Below, in pieces: positions 46,249-57,460 of a stretch of 64,000 nucleotides of DNA; positions within the stretch are counted from its first letter, which is position 1, and each line of letters begins with the position of its first letter. The DNA comes from an uncultured Actinomycetes bacterium (GTDB taxonomy: Bacteria > Actinomycetota > Coriobacteriia > Anaerosomatales > PHET01): NCBI GenBank assembly GCA_963770765.1, contig CAVYQS010000012.1, positions 254,173 through 318,172 of the forward strand. Reading direction: 5' to 3'. The position numbers were made by a program, and so were the translations under genes. The notes under the pieces are model-generated. The model searched no databases. It was not told where the DNA came from and saw nothing but the letters and a program-made list of their open reading frames with translations.

Positions 46249-47167
46249 TCAGACGTTCGCGTACTTCTTCTTGAGAGCGGCGAACTTGGGCTCGGTCTCT
46301 TTCCACATGGCGTAGATCGGCGAAGCGACGCCGATCGAGGAGTAAGTTCCGATCAGGATGCCGATCGACAGAGCGAGCGCGAAATCGTAGAGCGTCGACG
46401 CCACCGAAGAACAACAGCACGAGCACCGGAATGAGCGAGGTGATCGACGTGTTGAGAGAGCGCACGAAGACCTCGTTGATCGACTCGTTGGCCATCTGCA
46501 TGAAACTCTGCTTCACCAGGTGTTGCGAGTTCTCCTTCATGCGGTGGAACACCACGACGGTGTCGTAGAGCGAGTAGCCGAGAATGGTGAGGAGCGCCGC
46601 CACGGTGTTCGGCGTGACCTCAGCGCCCACGAGCGAGTAGATGCCGAGGGTTATCACGATATCGTGAATCAACGCGAGAACCGCGGTCACCGACATCTTG
46701 TACTCGAACCGGACGGAGATGTACAGGAGGATCGCTGCAATCGAGAGACCGAGGGCCAGAAGCGCACGGTCGGTGATATTCCTACCCCATCCGGGGCCGA
46801 TCGTCGTGACGAGGAAGTCACCGTCGGGGAGCTGGACGGCGGCAGCGACCGCGGTGGCATTCTGGTTGGCCTCGTCCGGATCGGTCACCTCGGTACGGAT
46901 GATGAAGCCCTTGACGCCCTGCGCTTCTGTTGTCTGGATGTTGGGGTTGTTGACCCCCGCTTCCCTGAACGCCTCGCGCATCTGCTCGATCGTGACGTCT
47001 TTGGAGTCGGTGATCGTGATGGAGGTGCCGCCTTGGAACTCGATGCCGAAGGTGAGTCCGCCGATCACGAGAGACCCGATGGAGATCGCCAGAAGCACTC
47101 CTGAGATGGCGAACATGATGTTGCGGTGGCCAAGGAAGTCGATGTTGAACCTAGACACCGGCGACAC
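46249..47167 (-). CDS. secF: Protein translocase subunit SecF; one frameshift near 46399 as read
   Basis: ORF 46163..47167 is SecF-like up to ...VLVLLFFGG and then turns Arg-rich. The next frame reads STLYDFALALSIGILIGTYSSIGVASPIYAMWKETEPKFAALKKKYANV*, the conserved SecF C-terminus, with its stop at 46251..46249. The span is 919 nt = 3n+1. Confidence 0.9.
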
Positions 47168-48506
47168 CCCCCTTCTTCACCTTCGCTTGTGGTGCGGTCG
47201 CCTGCTCCTTGTCGACGCCCCAGAACGCAGGGGCCTTGCCGATCACGGATTCAGCAAGCAAGACGAGCACCGGACGCTTGAACAGGACCATCATGACGAT
47301 GTCGCACACGATTCCGATCATGAGCGTCAGAGCGAAGCCGCGAACTGGGCCGATGGCGACGAGGTAGAGCACCAGCGCCGACACCAGGGTCACGAGGTCG
47401 GCATCGATACTCGTCAGCATGCCGTGTCGCGAACCTGAGTTCGCAGCGGAGCGAATCGTCTTGCCCATCCTGACCTCTTCTTTGAACCGTTCCAAGATGA
47501 GGATCGAGGAGTCGGCCGCCAGACCGATCGTGAGCACGATACCGGCGATGCCCGGCAAGGTGAGCGCGAAGAACCCCAACTGCGACAGCACGGCGAGGAT
47601 GCCCATGAACAGCGAGGCAAAGGTCAAGAGCGCGCCCACGGTGATCAGGCCGAGACCGCGGTAGAAGGCGACCACATACACCGCGACCAGCGCAAGTCCG
47701 ATGAGCGCCGCGAGCACACCCTGGCGCAACGAATCCTGCCCGAGGGTGGGACCGACGACCCGCGACTCCGAGAACTCCAGGCTCACGGGAAGCGCACCTG
47801 TCTCCAAGACGGTCTTGAGCTGCTTGGCGGTCTCAGCAGTGAAGCTGCCCGAAATCGCCGTCTGTCCGTCGGTGATGGGCTCATTGACGACTGGAGCGGA
47901 CTGCACCGTGCCGTCCAACACGATGGCTACGAGCTTGCCGACGTTCGCGGTCGTGTACTCGCCCCAGGTCTGGGTGCCCTCGGAGTCCATGGTGACGTTG
48001 ACTTCGATCTGTCCCGTCGTGGGGTTCTGCGAGACGGCGGCCGTGCGCACGACCTCGCCGGTCATGAAGGCCTCGTAGGAACCCTCGGGGAGCTTCACGT
48101 TGTCGTCACCGGTCGTGATCGCCGTGACGGTAGCGGAGTCTGTGATCGATGCCACGTCGACGAACTCGAGCTGACCGGTGCTTCCCAGCACGGCGAGCGC
48201 CTCTTGCGCGTTGCTGATTCCGGGAATCTGCACGAGCAGCGAGTCGTTCCCCTGACGCTGGATGGAGGCCTCGCGGACTCCCAGACGGTCGACACGGTTG
48301 CGCACGATGAGCTCCGCACGGTCCATGACCGACGCGGTCACCGGCGTGGTGGTGGACTCCTGCGCCGTCAAGATGACGGACAGGCCGCCTTGCAGATCGA
48401 GCCCCTGAGTGATCTTCTCGGCTGGGGGCCACAAGAAGGCCCACGAGCCTACGACGAGCACCATGGCGATCGCCAGCAATAGGATGTTCTGTTGCTTCTG
48501 GTCCAT
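47151..48506 (-). CDS. secD: Protein translocase subunit SecD
   Basis: The ORF 47151..48713 is trimmed to the ATG at 48506 (MDQKQQNILLLAIAMVLV...). It has LDLQGGLSV and a C-terminal 6-TM domain. It overlaps secF by 17 nt. Confidence 0.9.
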   Translation of the reverse strand: MDQKQQNILLLAIAMVLVVGSWAFLWPPAEKITQGLDLQGGLSVILTAQESTTTPVTASVMDRAELIVRNRVDRLGVREASIQRQGNDSLLVQIPGISNAQEALAVLGSTGQLEFVDVASITDSATVTAITTGDDNVKLPEGSYEAFMTGEVVRTAAVSQNPTTGQIEVNVTMDSEGTQTWGEYTTANVGKLVAIVLDGTVQSAPVVNEPITDGQTAISGSFTAETAKQLKTVLETGALPVSLEFSESRVVGPTLGQDSLRQGVLAALIGLALVAVYVVAFYRGLGLITVGALLTFASLFMGILAVLSQLGFFALTLPGIAGIVLTIGLAADSSILILERFKEEVRMGKTIRSAANSGSRHGMLTSIDADLVTLVSALVLYLVAIGPVRGFALTLMIGIVCDIVMMVLFKRPVLVLLAESVIGKAPAFWGVDKEQATAPQAKVKKGGVAGV

Positions 48507-48627
48507 GCCCCTGCCTTCCGTGCAGTGCGATATCGATTGCTTGCCTGAAGCGCTGTGACCCGTTGCCCCGCTGCGGCGCGTCGCCACGTGCTCGCGCCCC
48601 GGTACGGCGGCTACATCCCCGGGAGGA

Positions 48628-48963
48628 TCACTCCCCGGTGTCGACGTCGTCAGCCGGCGTGGCCCCCGAGTCGTCGCTCTCATCCTTGTCGGCAGCTTGC
48701 TTGTCTGGGACAACCTGACCGACGGCCTGCTTCGCGATCTCCATCTCGGCGCCGCTGGCGACCCGGATGCGAAGTCTCTCGCCGGCCTCGACCACGGTTC
48801 CGAAGATGCCGCCGATAGTGACGATCTCGTCGCCGGGCTTGATGCTCGAGACCATCTCCTTCTGCTGCTTGGCGCGCTTCTGCTGCGGCTTGATCACCAG
48901 CAGGTAGAACACGCCGATGATGATGGCGATGAAGAATAGCTGCGAATACTGTCCTGCGCCCAT
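48628..48963 (-). CDS. yajC: Preprotein translocase subunit YajC
   Basis: Trimmed to the ATG at 48963. The sequence is MGAGQYSQLFFIAIIIGVFYLLVIKPQQKRAKQQKEM...GDEIVTIGGIFG. Confidence 0.85.
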   Translation of the reverse strand: MGAGQYSQLFFIAIIIGVFYLLVIKPQQKRAKQQKEMVSSIKPGDEIVTIGGIFGTVVEAGERLRIRVASGAEMEIAKQAVGQVVPDKQAADKDESDDSGATPADDVDTGE

Positions 48964-49081
48964 CTGTTGCACCTCTCGGAGTCCGTCTGACGATGCCGCT
49001 CTGTGCGCGGGCATCAACGGGTCATCTTACAGTGCCCGCGCACGCGGCGAAAGCGTCCAGGCTCCGATTCGCTCCAAGAAC

Positions 49082-50844
<1,763 letters not shown>

Positions 50845-50845
<1 letters not shown>

Positions 50846-51882
50846 TGGACTGCAACGAGGCCCAGCGCATCATCTCCGAAAGGCTCGATGACGAGTATCT
50901 CGACTCCGAGCAGCTCGCGCTCGCGAAGAAGCACTGCCGCGCGTGCCAGGATTGCAGCGCGTACGTTCGTGCGCTGGTCCAGGTTCAGCGCTCGCCTCTC
51001 CCCCGGCCACCGGCGGATCTTCCCGACCGCGTCATGGCCGCGGTTCGTGCTGAAGCATCTCGTGTCGCGGTGGTGCCCGCAGAGGAGGAACAACCGGAAG
51101 TCCCCCTGCCCGAAGCACCAGCGTCGCCCACCTTCGGAGCATCTCTCCTCGGGTATGTGACCGCCCCCCGGAACCGGCGCACGGTCACCATCTGGGGTGC
51201 AGCAGCAGCCACGCTCTTCATCGTGGCTTCGGTGACCGCGATCGGCGGTCTCAGGCAGATCACTGCCGACCCGACGGCGTCGCGCCAAGCAGCCGAGCAG
51301 ACCAAGAGCAGCGACCTCTCCGACATGAATGCAGCCCCCGAGAGCACATCCCAAGACGCAATCGGTGGGAGTGTCGCATCGGAGCCCGTCTCGGCTGTTC
51401 CGGACTACATCGTGGTGAGTGGAGTCGTATACGTGGCGACCGGGCCGATCTCAGGAGTGGAGACCAGCACACTCAGCCCGGCGGGATCGACACGGAGTTC
51501 GCTCAGCGTCGGCGGTGCTCCGACGAGCCGAGCGGTGTTGGGGCTCGGCGACCCTGCCCGCGTCTACATCGTCAACGATACCGGTGAGCTCCTCGGCTTC
51601 GACCGAGTGACACGCAGCTACCGCAACGCGACCTACGCGCTGTCGAGCGCCGAGCTGCTCACCTACGGGCTCTGGGCCACCCTGCCTGCCGGAGTGGATC
51701 AGCCGACGAATCCCAACGGTATGCCCGAGTACGTCTCGGCAGGCACCGACGAGTTGGGTGTCGAAGTGTTCCGACCAACGGCCGGCGGCACCGACTCGGG
51801 CTTCGCGGTGGCACCCGGGACACCCGCGAGCGATCCCGCAGCGGGTAATCCGGGGTGGACGTGGTGGATCCCCGCGCGCTGA
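50845..51882 (+). CDS. Anti-sigma factor (zf-HC2 type) with one TM helix and an extracytoplasmic domain
   Basis: The start MDCNEAQRIISERLD... overlaps the sigma stop (TGATG). It has an H..(x)..C..C motif (KKHCRACQDC) and the TM helix TIWGAAAATLFIVASVTAIGGL. Confidence 0.7.
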
Positions 51883-51883
51883 G

Positions 51884-52918
51884 CTACACGATGAGCATCG
51901 CATCGCCCAAGCTGAGGAAGCGGTACCGCTCGTCGATCGCTTCTCGGTACGCGCGCATCACGAGTTCACGACCCGCGAAGGCGCTCACCATCATCAGCAG
52001 TGTCGATCGCGGCACGTGGAAGTTCGTGACCATCGCATCGACAGCCTGGAAACGGTGACCGGGAAGGATGAACAGGCTGGTCGAGCCCTCTGTGGGGACC
52101 ACGCCCGCTTCCTCAGGGTCATAGGCACTCTCGAGCGCACGTACGGTGGTCGTCCCCACCGCGATCACCCGACCGCCGTTCGCGCGTGTCTGCGAGAACG
52201 CTTGTGACACCGATTCGCCCACGCGGAAGTGCTCTGTGTGTATGTGATGGTCGCGCGGGTCGTCCGCGGAGACCGGCCGAAAGGTGTCCAGCCCGACATC
52301 GAGCTCGACGCTCTCAAGGCGCGCGCCAGCGGACACACACCTCCCGATAAGATCGGTGGTGAAGTGGAGCCCCGCTGTCGGCGCTGCTGCACTTCTCTCA
52401 TCGCGCGCGAAGATCGTCTGGTAGGACTCGGGGTCGGCCAACGGACGCGTGATGTAGGGAGGCAACGGCACCTCCCCGATCCGGCGGACCACGTCAAGGA
52501 AGCTTTCTCCGCGCGGAGTGAACTGCACGAGTCTGCTGCCGCCCTCGTCGAGCACGTCGACGACGAGCCCTGTCATGGCCCCGTCGCCAAACACCATGCG
52601 CGCACCCGGCTTCAAACGGCGCCCCGGCTTGACGAGGCACTCCCACGCGTTCTCATAGCGTTCGCGAAGCAGCAGTACCTCGACCGCTCCGCCGCTCTCG
52701 TCTTTGACCCCCGGAAGGCGGGCGGGCAGGACGCGGGTCTCGTTGACCACGAGCAGGTCGCCTGGGTGCAGATAGTCGGGAAGGTCGGAGAAGGTGCGGT
52801 GGTCGATCTGGCCGCTCATGCGGTCGAGAACAAGCAGCCGGCAGCTGTCGCGCGGCTCAGCGGGTGACTGGGCGATCAGTCCCGTGGGTAGCTCGTAGTC
52901 GAAGTCGTCGGTGTGCAT
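51884..52918 (-). CDS. queA: tRNA preQ1(34) S-adenosylmethionine ribosyltransferase-isomerase
   Basis: Trimmed to the ATG at 52918. It has MHTDDFDYELPTGLIAQSPAEPRDSCRLLVL..., VGTTTVRALES and FRFLSLGDAMLI. Confidence 0.95.
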   Translation of the reverse strand: MHTDDFDYELPTGLIAQSPAEPRDSCRLLVLDRMSGQIDHRTFSDLPDYLHPGDLLVVNETRVLPARLPGVKDESGGAVEVLLLRERYENAWECLVKPGRRLKPGARMVFGDGAMTGLVVDVLDEGGSRLVQFTPRGESFLDVVRRIGEVPLPPYITRPLADPESYQTIFARDERSAAAPTAGLHFTTDLIGRCVSAGARLESVELDVGLDTFRPVSADDPRDHHIHTEHFRVGESVSQAFSQTRANGGRVIAVGTTTVRALESAYDPEEAGVVPTEGSTSLFILPGHRFQAVDAMVTNFHVPRSTLLMMVSAFAGRELVMRAYREAIDERYRFLSLGDAMLIV

Positions 52919-53025
52919 TGGGTGTGACGCATCCTCTTCTGGTGGTCGTTTCGTCTCCGCCGGCGAGTGTACCGCAGCGTCTGCGCGCACCGGCGCTGCG
53001 GTTCCAGCTCGAGCGATCGACGCCG

Positions 53026-53646
53026 CTAGAGTCCGCTCTGCGGCTTCGCACGTTGGGCCTGGCGGGCGGCCTTGCGCTCGACGCGTTCGACCCGGGCCTC
53101 CTCTGCGCTCGGCGAGCAGCCGCAGTAGTTCTGGCGGTACATCCCCTCCTCGCGCGAGCGGCGCGTCGTGTCGCCGTAGCGATCCCGAAAGTCCCTGTGC
53201 AGGTACGCGACTCCCGCCGCGGCCGAACAGCTCTCGCCCGCGGCCGCCAATGCCTCGACGTTCTGGTAGGGGCTCACGGAGAGTGTCGTGCTCACGGAGT
53301 CGTACCCGTGCGCCGCCGCCCAGTCGGATACGACGCTGAGCCTCAGTTGGTGGCACGCGCGGCATCGGTCGTCGCGCGTGCTGGCGCCGGCGACGGCGCT
53401 TGTCCACGCATCAGGGTCGTAGGCGAGCTCGACCACGGTCACCCCATGGCCGACGGCGTAGTCACGCAGGGTCGCGAGGCGCCGCAGGTACTCCTCGGCA
53501 GGATGGATGTTGGGGTTGTAGTAGATCACCGTGACAGCGTGCCCGTCGCGTACGAACGCGTCGTACGGCTCGATCAAGCACGGACCACAGCACGCGTGGA
53601 GTGCCAATGTCGGGCGCCTGGTGGGTGTCGATCCGGTTCCGCTCAT
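53026..53646 (-). CDS. queH: Epoxyqueuosine reductase QueH (DUF208)
   Basis: Trimmed to the ATG at 53646. It has LLHACCGPC-type LALHACCGPCLIEP, YYNPNIHP, RCRACHQLRL and YRQNYCGC. Confidence 0.8.
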   Translation of the reverse strand: MSGTGSTPTRRPTLALHACCGPCLIEPYDAFVRDGHAVTVIYYNPNIHPAEEYLRRLATLRDYAVGHGVTVVELAYDPDAWTSAVAGASTRDDRCRACHQLRLSVVSDWAAAHGYDSVSTTLSVSPYQNVEALAAAGESCSAAAGVAYLHRDFRDRYGDTTRRSREEGMYRQNYCGCSPSAEEARVERVERKAARQAQRAKPQSGL

Positions 53647-53663
53647 GGCACCGAGGATACCCC

Positions 53664-54335
53664 TCATGCCCCGAACAGGGCAGAGCCGACCGACACGACG
53701 CCGAACAGGATGAAGACGATCCCGGATACTCTGCGCAGGAGCTCCTCGGGGAGCCGCTTTCCGAGCATGCTGCCAAGCACGATGGCCACAGCGTCCGCCA
53801 CGACCATCCCGAGCGTCGATCCCATGGTCACCATCCAGAACCGCTCCACCCCAGACAGGGCGTCGACTCCTGACCCCGCGGCCAGGGCCCACGCGGGCAG
53901 CGTGAGTCCCGCTCCCGTCGCCAGGCGAATCAGCGCCTCGCCGGGGTCGGCGGCGATGGCGATCGTCATGATCTGAGTCTTGTCGCCGAGCTCGGCGAAG
54001 AAGAAGGCCACGGCGGTAGCCATGATCGGCCCGAGTGTCCCGCGACCGCGATCGGCGTCGGACTCATCGACGCTGTCACCTTTGAGCGTCCATATCCCGA
54101 ACCCGACGAACATGGCGCCCGATACCCAAGGCAGTATCCCGCGCGGGATGAAGCTGCCGAGCGTCTGCCCGACGAGCGTGGAGGCCATGTGAACGACGAG
54201 CGTCGCGATGAAGATTCCGACGAGCACCTGCCACGCGCGGTAGCGAGTCGCGAGCAAAAGCGCGAGCAGCTGGGACTTGTCGGCCAGCTCGCCGATCATG
54301 ATCAACACGAACGACACTGCGAACACGTACAGCAT
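53664..54335 (-). CDS. UPF0016 / GDT1-TMEM165 family cation (Mn2+/Ca2+) transporter
   Basis: It has two E-x-G-D-(KR)-(TS) motifs (IGELADKSQ and FAELGDKTQ) and about 6 TM segments. The start is taken as the ATG at 54335, which follows GGGAGGG. The GTG at 54356 is an alternative. Confidence 0.8.
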   Translation of the reverse strand: MLYVFAVSFVLIMIGELADKSQLLALLLATRYRAWQVLVGIFIATLVVHMASTLVGQTLGSFIPRGILPWVSGAMFVGFGIWTLKGDSVDESDADRGRGTLGPIMATAVAFFFAELGDKTQIMTIAIAADPGEALIRLATGAGLTLPAWALAAGSGVDALSGVERFWMVTMGSTLGMVVADAVAIVLGSMLGKRLPEELLRRVSGIVFILFGVVSVGSALFGA

Positions 54336-54424
54336 GGACCCTCCCGGCCGGCTCACCGCCGGGAGACATCGTGACCCCGGCGGACGGAGGACGTCCGCAG
54401 GAAGCGGCGCGCCTCATCTACATC

Positions 54425-54545
54425 CGCCGAAGGTCTCGCGTGGGGTCGTGTTCCGTGAACCTGGCCGCACCGGGACCGCTCGGGTCCAGTGTGTCGACGC
54501 GGCCTCCTGCGCATGCAGGATCGCTACTCCCCTTCGACCGCGCCA
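54425..54545 (-). ncRNA. Candidate yybP-ykoY (Mn2+) riboswitch in the leader of the UPF0016 transporter gene
   Basis: The minus strand reads ...CGAAGGGGAGTAGCGATCCTGCatgcGCAGGAGGCCGC...GCGGCC...ACGACCCCACGCGAGACCTTCG.... It has the hallmark GGGGAGUAG (54532..54524) followed by a hairpin, a distal GAGACC (54437..54432), and closing CGAAGG/CCTTCG pairing. A downstream hairpin GCGGACG-tcctc-CGTCCGC exposes CCUCC, which is complementary to the SD. No covariance model was run. Confidence 0.5.
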
Positions 54546-54571
54546 GTCTATCGCTCGCCTGTCGTCATGGT

Positions 54572-54607
54572 CAACAAGAAGGAGGCGACCCGAATCGGGC
54601 CGCCTCC
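54572..54607 (-). terminator. Intrinsic terminator of the cold-shock gene
   Basis: The stem GGAGGCG(G/A)CCCG-auu-CGGG(U/C)CGCCUCC has 12 bp with one mismatch. On the minus strand it is followed by UUCUUGUUG, and it lies 20 nt after the csp stop. Confidence 0.65.
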
Positions 54608-54627
54608 ATCGGTCGTCTGGTCTATGG

Positions 54628-54831
54628 CTACGCTTTGCGAACGTTGCTCGCCTGCTGCTTGCCGTTGTTTCCGACGGTCACGTCGAACGTGACTGCCTGG
54701 CCCTCATCGAGGGTCTTGAAGCCGTCGACCTGGATCTCACTGAAGTGGACGAACAGATCGTCGCCACCCTCCTGCGAGATGAAGCCGTAGCCTTTGTCGG
54801 GGTTGAACCACTTGACAGTACCTTCAGCCAT
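54628..54831 (-). CDS. cspA: Cold-shock protein (CspA family)
   Basis: Trimmed to the ATG at 54831. [33 protein letters not shown]... carries the RNP1 and RNP2 motifs. Length 67 aa. Confidence 0.95.
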   Translation of the reverse strand: MAEGTVKWFNPDKGYGFISQEGGDDLFVHFSEIQVDGFKTLDEGQAVTFDVTVGNNGKQQASNVRKA

Positions 54832-54988
54832 GCCTAACCGTCCTTCCGCCCGTCTCCGGGCTCCCACTCTGGCGACTCGAAGGGTACCGCCCGCTGCGGC
54901 CGGCTTCCCCCACCGGACATCAACAGCGCTGCGAAGCCGACCCACCTCGTCGCAATCTGACGAGCCGTCTGAAAGCCCGCCGAGAACA

Positions 54989-55018
54989 AGTCTAGCCCGA
55001 CGCTTCAAAGGGTGGCAA
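54989..55018 (-). promoter_or_regulatory. Candidate sigma-70-type promoter of cspA with a ~150-nt 5' UTR
   Basis: On the minus strand TTGCCA (55018..55013) is followed by 18 nt and TAGACT (54994..54989). Long structured leaders are usual for cspA-type genes. Confidence 0.4.
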
Positions 55019-55041
55019 CCGCCTCCCGCGAACGTCGCGCG

Positions 55042-55815
55042 TTACTCCTGCGGCTCGTTGCGCCGGGACGAAGAGCGACGCGAGACGAAGAAGAGAGCGA
55101 CAAGCGCCGCAACCGCGATCGCCGCCAAGACGCCGATCAGCGTGTTGATCGCATCGCCCGAACCGGAGACACCCGGCAGCTGCATCGAGTACTTCACTTC
55201 GACCGTCGTGCTGTCACCCGGCTTCATCTCGAGTGCCGGCAGCACGTAGAGGCTCTCGCCGAGCTCGCTCGTGGCCGGTTCGCCCACAGGTTCGGGGTCT
55301 ATCCGCACGTCGGTCGCGAGCGCAGGCGTCCTCACCGAGATGACGGTCTCGCTCGACACCGTTGACTGCACGAACTCGAAGACGGCTGATATCTCGTCGC
55401 CCTGCTGCGTGTGAGCCTTCCCCGACAGGTCCACCTGCGCGGTACGGAACTCGGAGAGCACGAACTCGGCGTAGGAACCCCCGCTGCCCTTCTTCGTCAC
55501 GTGGGCTCGCTGAATGTCCTGGCTGGCATCGCCGCCGGAGATCTCGCCGGCCCAGTCGACGATCATTCCTTCGACCAAGGGCAAGCGGACCGTCGCAGGA
55601 AGCTGCACCGACTCCGGCACGCTGAGAGAGACGATGGCGACGGCCTCGCTGGGCTTCGCGGCCATCCAGAACTGCACCTCGGTCACCCCGGTCGCGACCG
55701 GGGCGGTCGGCGTTGCCGGAGATGACTCGGCAGCACGCGCTCCTGCGGGCGCCAACCACACTGCTGCGACGAAGAGCGCGGCGAGCGCATACCGTCGACC
55801 GGTCATGGCGATCAC
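55042..55815 (-). CDS. Secreted/anchored hypothetical protein (signal peptide plus C-terminal TM anchor)
   Basis: 257 aa. The signal peptide is ...[19 protein letters not shown]|AE. The C-terminal anchor is [30 protein letters not shown]. Confidence 0.6.
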   Translation of the reverse strand: MIAMTGRRYALAALFVAAVWLAPAGARAAESSPATPTAPVATGVTEVQFWMAAKPSEAVAIVSLSVPESVQLPATVRLPLVEGMIVDWAGEISGGDASQDIQRAHVTKKGSGGSYAEFVLSEFRTAQVDLSGKAHTQQGDEISAVFEFVQSTVSSETVISVRTPALATDVRIDPEPVGEPATSELGESLYVLPALEMKPGDSTTVEVKYSMQLPGVSGSGDAINTLIGVLAAIAVAALVALFFVSRRSSSRRNEPQE

Positions 55816-56669
55816 TCCTTCACGCCCGTGGCACGGGCTGCCGCTTGAGCCGTGTTGAGCACGAGCATGGCGCGTGTCATGGGGCCTACTCCGCCGGGCA
55901 CGGGCGTGATCATCGAGGCGATCGGCGCCACCGACTCATAGTCGACATCGCCCACAAGGCCCTCGTCGGTACGGTTGATGCCCACATCGATCACCACTGC
56001 ACCCGGGGCGATGTACTCCGCAGTGATCATCCGCGGTCGCCCGACAGCTGCGACGAGGACGTCCGCCGTCCTGCAGACTGCGGGCAGGTCCGTGGTGCGC
56101 GAGTGACAGATCGTGACGGTCGCGTTTCGCTCAAGCAGCATCAATGCCTGAGGCTTTCCGACGATGGTGGATCGACCGACAACCACCGCATGTTTGCCGG
56201 ACAGTTCGACTCCGTACTCGTCGAGCATACGCATCACACCCCACGGCGTGCAGGCGCGCGGGGCCGGAACGCCGCGTACGAGCAGACCGAGGTTCTCGGC
56301 GTGGAAGCCGTCAACGTCCTTGATCGGGTCGATGCGCTCGATCACCTGCTCGGCATCCAGATGCTCGGGAATGGGCATCTGAACGAGTATCCCGTGGACG
56401 GTCGGGTCGGAGTTGCATTCATCGATGATGGAGTTCAGTTCCGCTTGGGAGATGTCGGCCGGTCGCCGAAGGTCGAACGACCTGATGCCCACCTCGGCGC
56501 AGTCTCTCTCCTTCATTCGCACGTACGAGTGCGACGCGGGGTCGTCTCCCACCAGCACCACTGCAAGACCGGCGACGACGCCCTTCTCGGCCTTCACGCG
56601 TTCGACCAACTCGGCCGCCTCACGTCGCACCTTGGCGGCCACGCGGATCCCGTCGATGATCGTTGTCAC
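55812..56669 (-). CDS. folD: Bifunctional methylenetetrahydrofolate dehydrogenase/cyclohydrolase
   Basis: The ORF 55812..56714 is trimmed to the GTG at 56669 ([11 protein letters not shown]...), with AAGGA upstream. It has [19 protein letters not shown] and [12 protein letters not shown]. The ATG at 56693 is an alternative start. Confidence 0.9.
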   Translation of the reverse strand: MTTIIDGIRVAAKVRREAAELVERVKAEKGVVAGLAVVLVGDDPASHSYVRMKERDCAEVGIRSFDLRRPADISQAELNSIIDECNSDPTVHGILVQMPIPEHLDAEQVIERIDPIKDVDGFHAENLGLLVRGVPAPRACTPWGVMRMLDEYGVELSGKHAVVVGRSTIVGKPQALMLLERNATVTICHSRTTDLPAVCRTADVLVAAVGRPRMITAEYIAPGAVVIDVGINRTDEGLVGDVDYESVAPIASMITPVPGGVGPMTRAMLVLNTAQAAARATGVKE

Positions 56670-56744
56670 GAGTGCTCGTTCCTTTCGCCGCATTGAACGC
56701 GGGCAGTGTACCACTGCGACCGCTCCTCGCCCGGCTCGAGCTGC

Positions 56745-57326
56745 CTACTCCTTGACTGCTCGCAAGAGGGCTTTGAACTCGGGTGTCCCCGCTCGCGCGA
56801 CGAGTTCGTACGCCGCCGACTCGGCAGTCGTCGCGACCACCCCCGCACGGCTCAGTCGCATCATGGCGAGATCGTGGACCTCGGACTCGCGGGAGCAACA
56901 GGCATCGGCGGCGACGTGGACGTCGAATCCTCGCTCAAGGGCTGACAAGGCGGTCTGCGCGATGCAGATGTGCGACTCCATGCCGGCGATCAACAGCTGA
57001 CGCCTGCCGATCCGGTCGACGAGCGTCTCAAAACCCGGCTCGGCGAAACAGTCGAACGTCACCTTGTCCACCGTCGAGACGTCGGTGCCCTCAGCCCGAG
57101 TCTGTTCAAGCACGTCGAGGACCGGAGCAACCACGTCGCCGAGTCCCTGGGGATACTGCCGGGTGACCACGATCGGGCACCCGGTTATCCCGGCAGCTGC
57201 GGCGAGCAGTCGGGTTCGCCCGACCACGCGATCTTGGAACGCCATCGCGGCGGCGAGCCGCTCCTGCACGTCGATGATGATCAAGACGGCGGACTCACGC
57301 TGAAGGGTGCTGCCGCCTCGCTCCAT
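56745..57326 (-). CDS. Isochorismatase-family cysteine hydrolase
   Basis: Trimmed to the ATG at 57326, which follows AGGAG and 7 nt. It has AVLIIIDVQERL and ...LLIAGMESHICIAQTAL (catalytic Cys region). Confidence 0.8.
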   Translation of the reverse strand: MERGGSTLQRESAVLIIIDVQERLAAAMAFQDRVVGRTRLLAAAAGITGCPIVVTRQYPQGLGDVVAPVLDVLEQTRAEGTDVSTVDKVTFDCFAEPGFETLVDRIGRRQLLIAGMESHICIAQTALSALERGFDVHVAADACCSRESEVHDLAMMRLSRAGVVATTAESAAYELVARAGTPEFKALLRAVKE

Positions 57327-57460
57327 GACCCTGCTCCTCGAAATCGGCGGATTCGACCGCATGTGATGACTCCGGTTGATTCTAGCGGTGGGGACTGAGG
57401 GTATAAACCTGTGCGCCGGCGAACGGCCGGCTCACATCCGCCAACGACATGGAGGTACCC

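Noticed and set aside
35078-46399. Programmed +1 ribosomal frameshifting as the explanation for the same-direction frame changes.
   Set aside because: No shared slippery or stall motif occurs at the sites, and the sites fall in unrelated genes including secF. A dozen programmed sites in bacteria would be unprecedented, so indels (error or decay) are far more parsimonious.
55042-55140. Sortase sorting signal at the C-terminus of the 257-aa secreted protein (QLPGVSG followed by a hydrophobic stretch and RRSSSRR).
   Set aside because: LPGVSG does not fit LPXTG or LAXTG (there is no Thr-Gly at positions 4-5). It is kept only as a C-terminal TM anchor.
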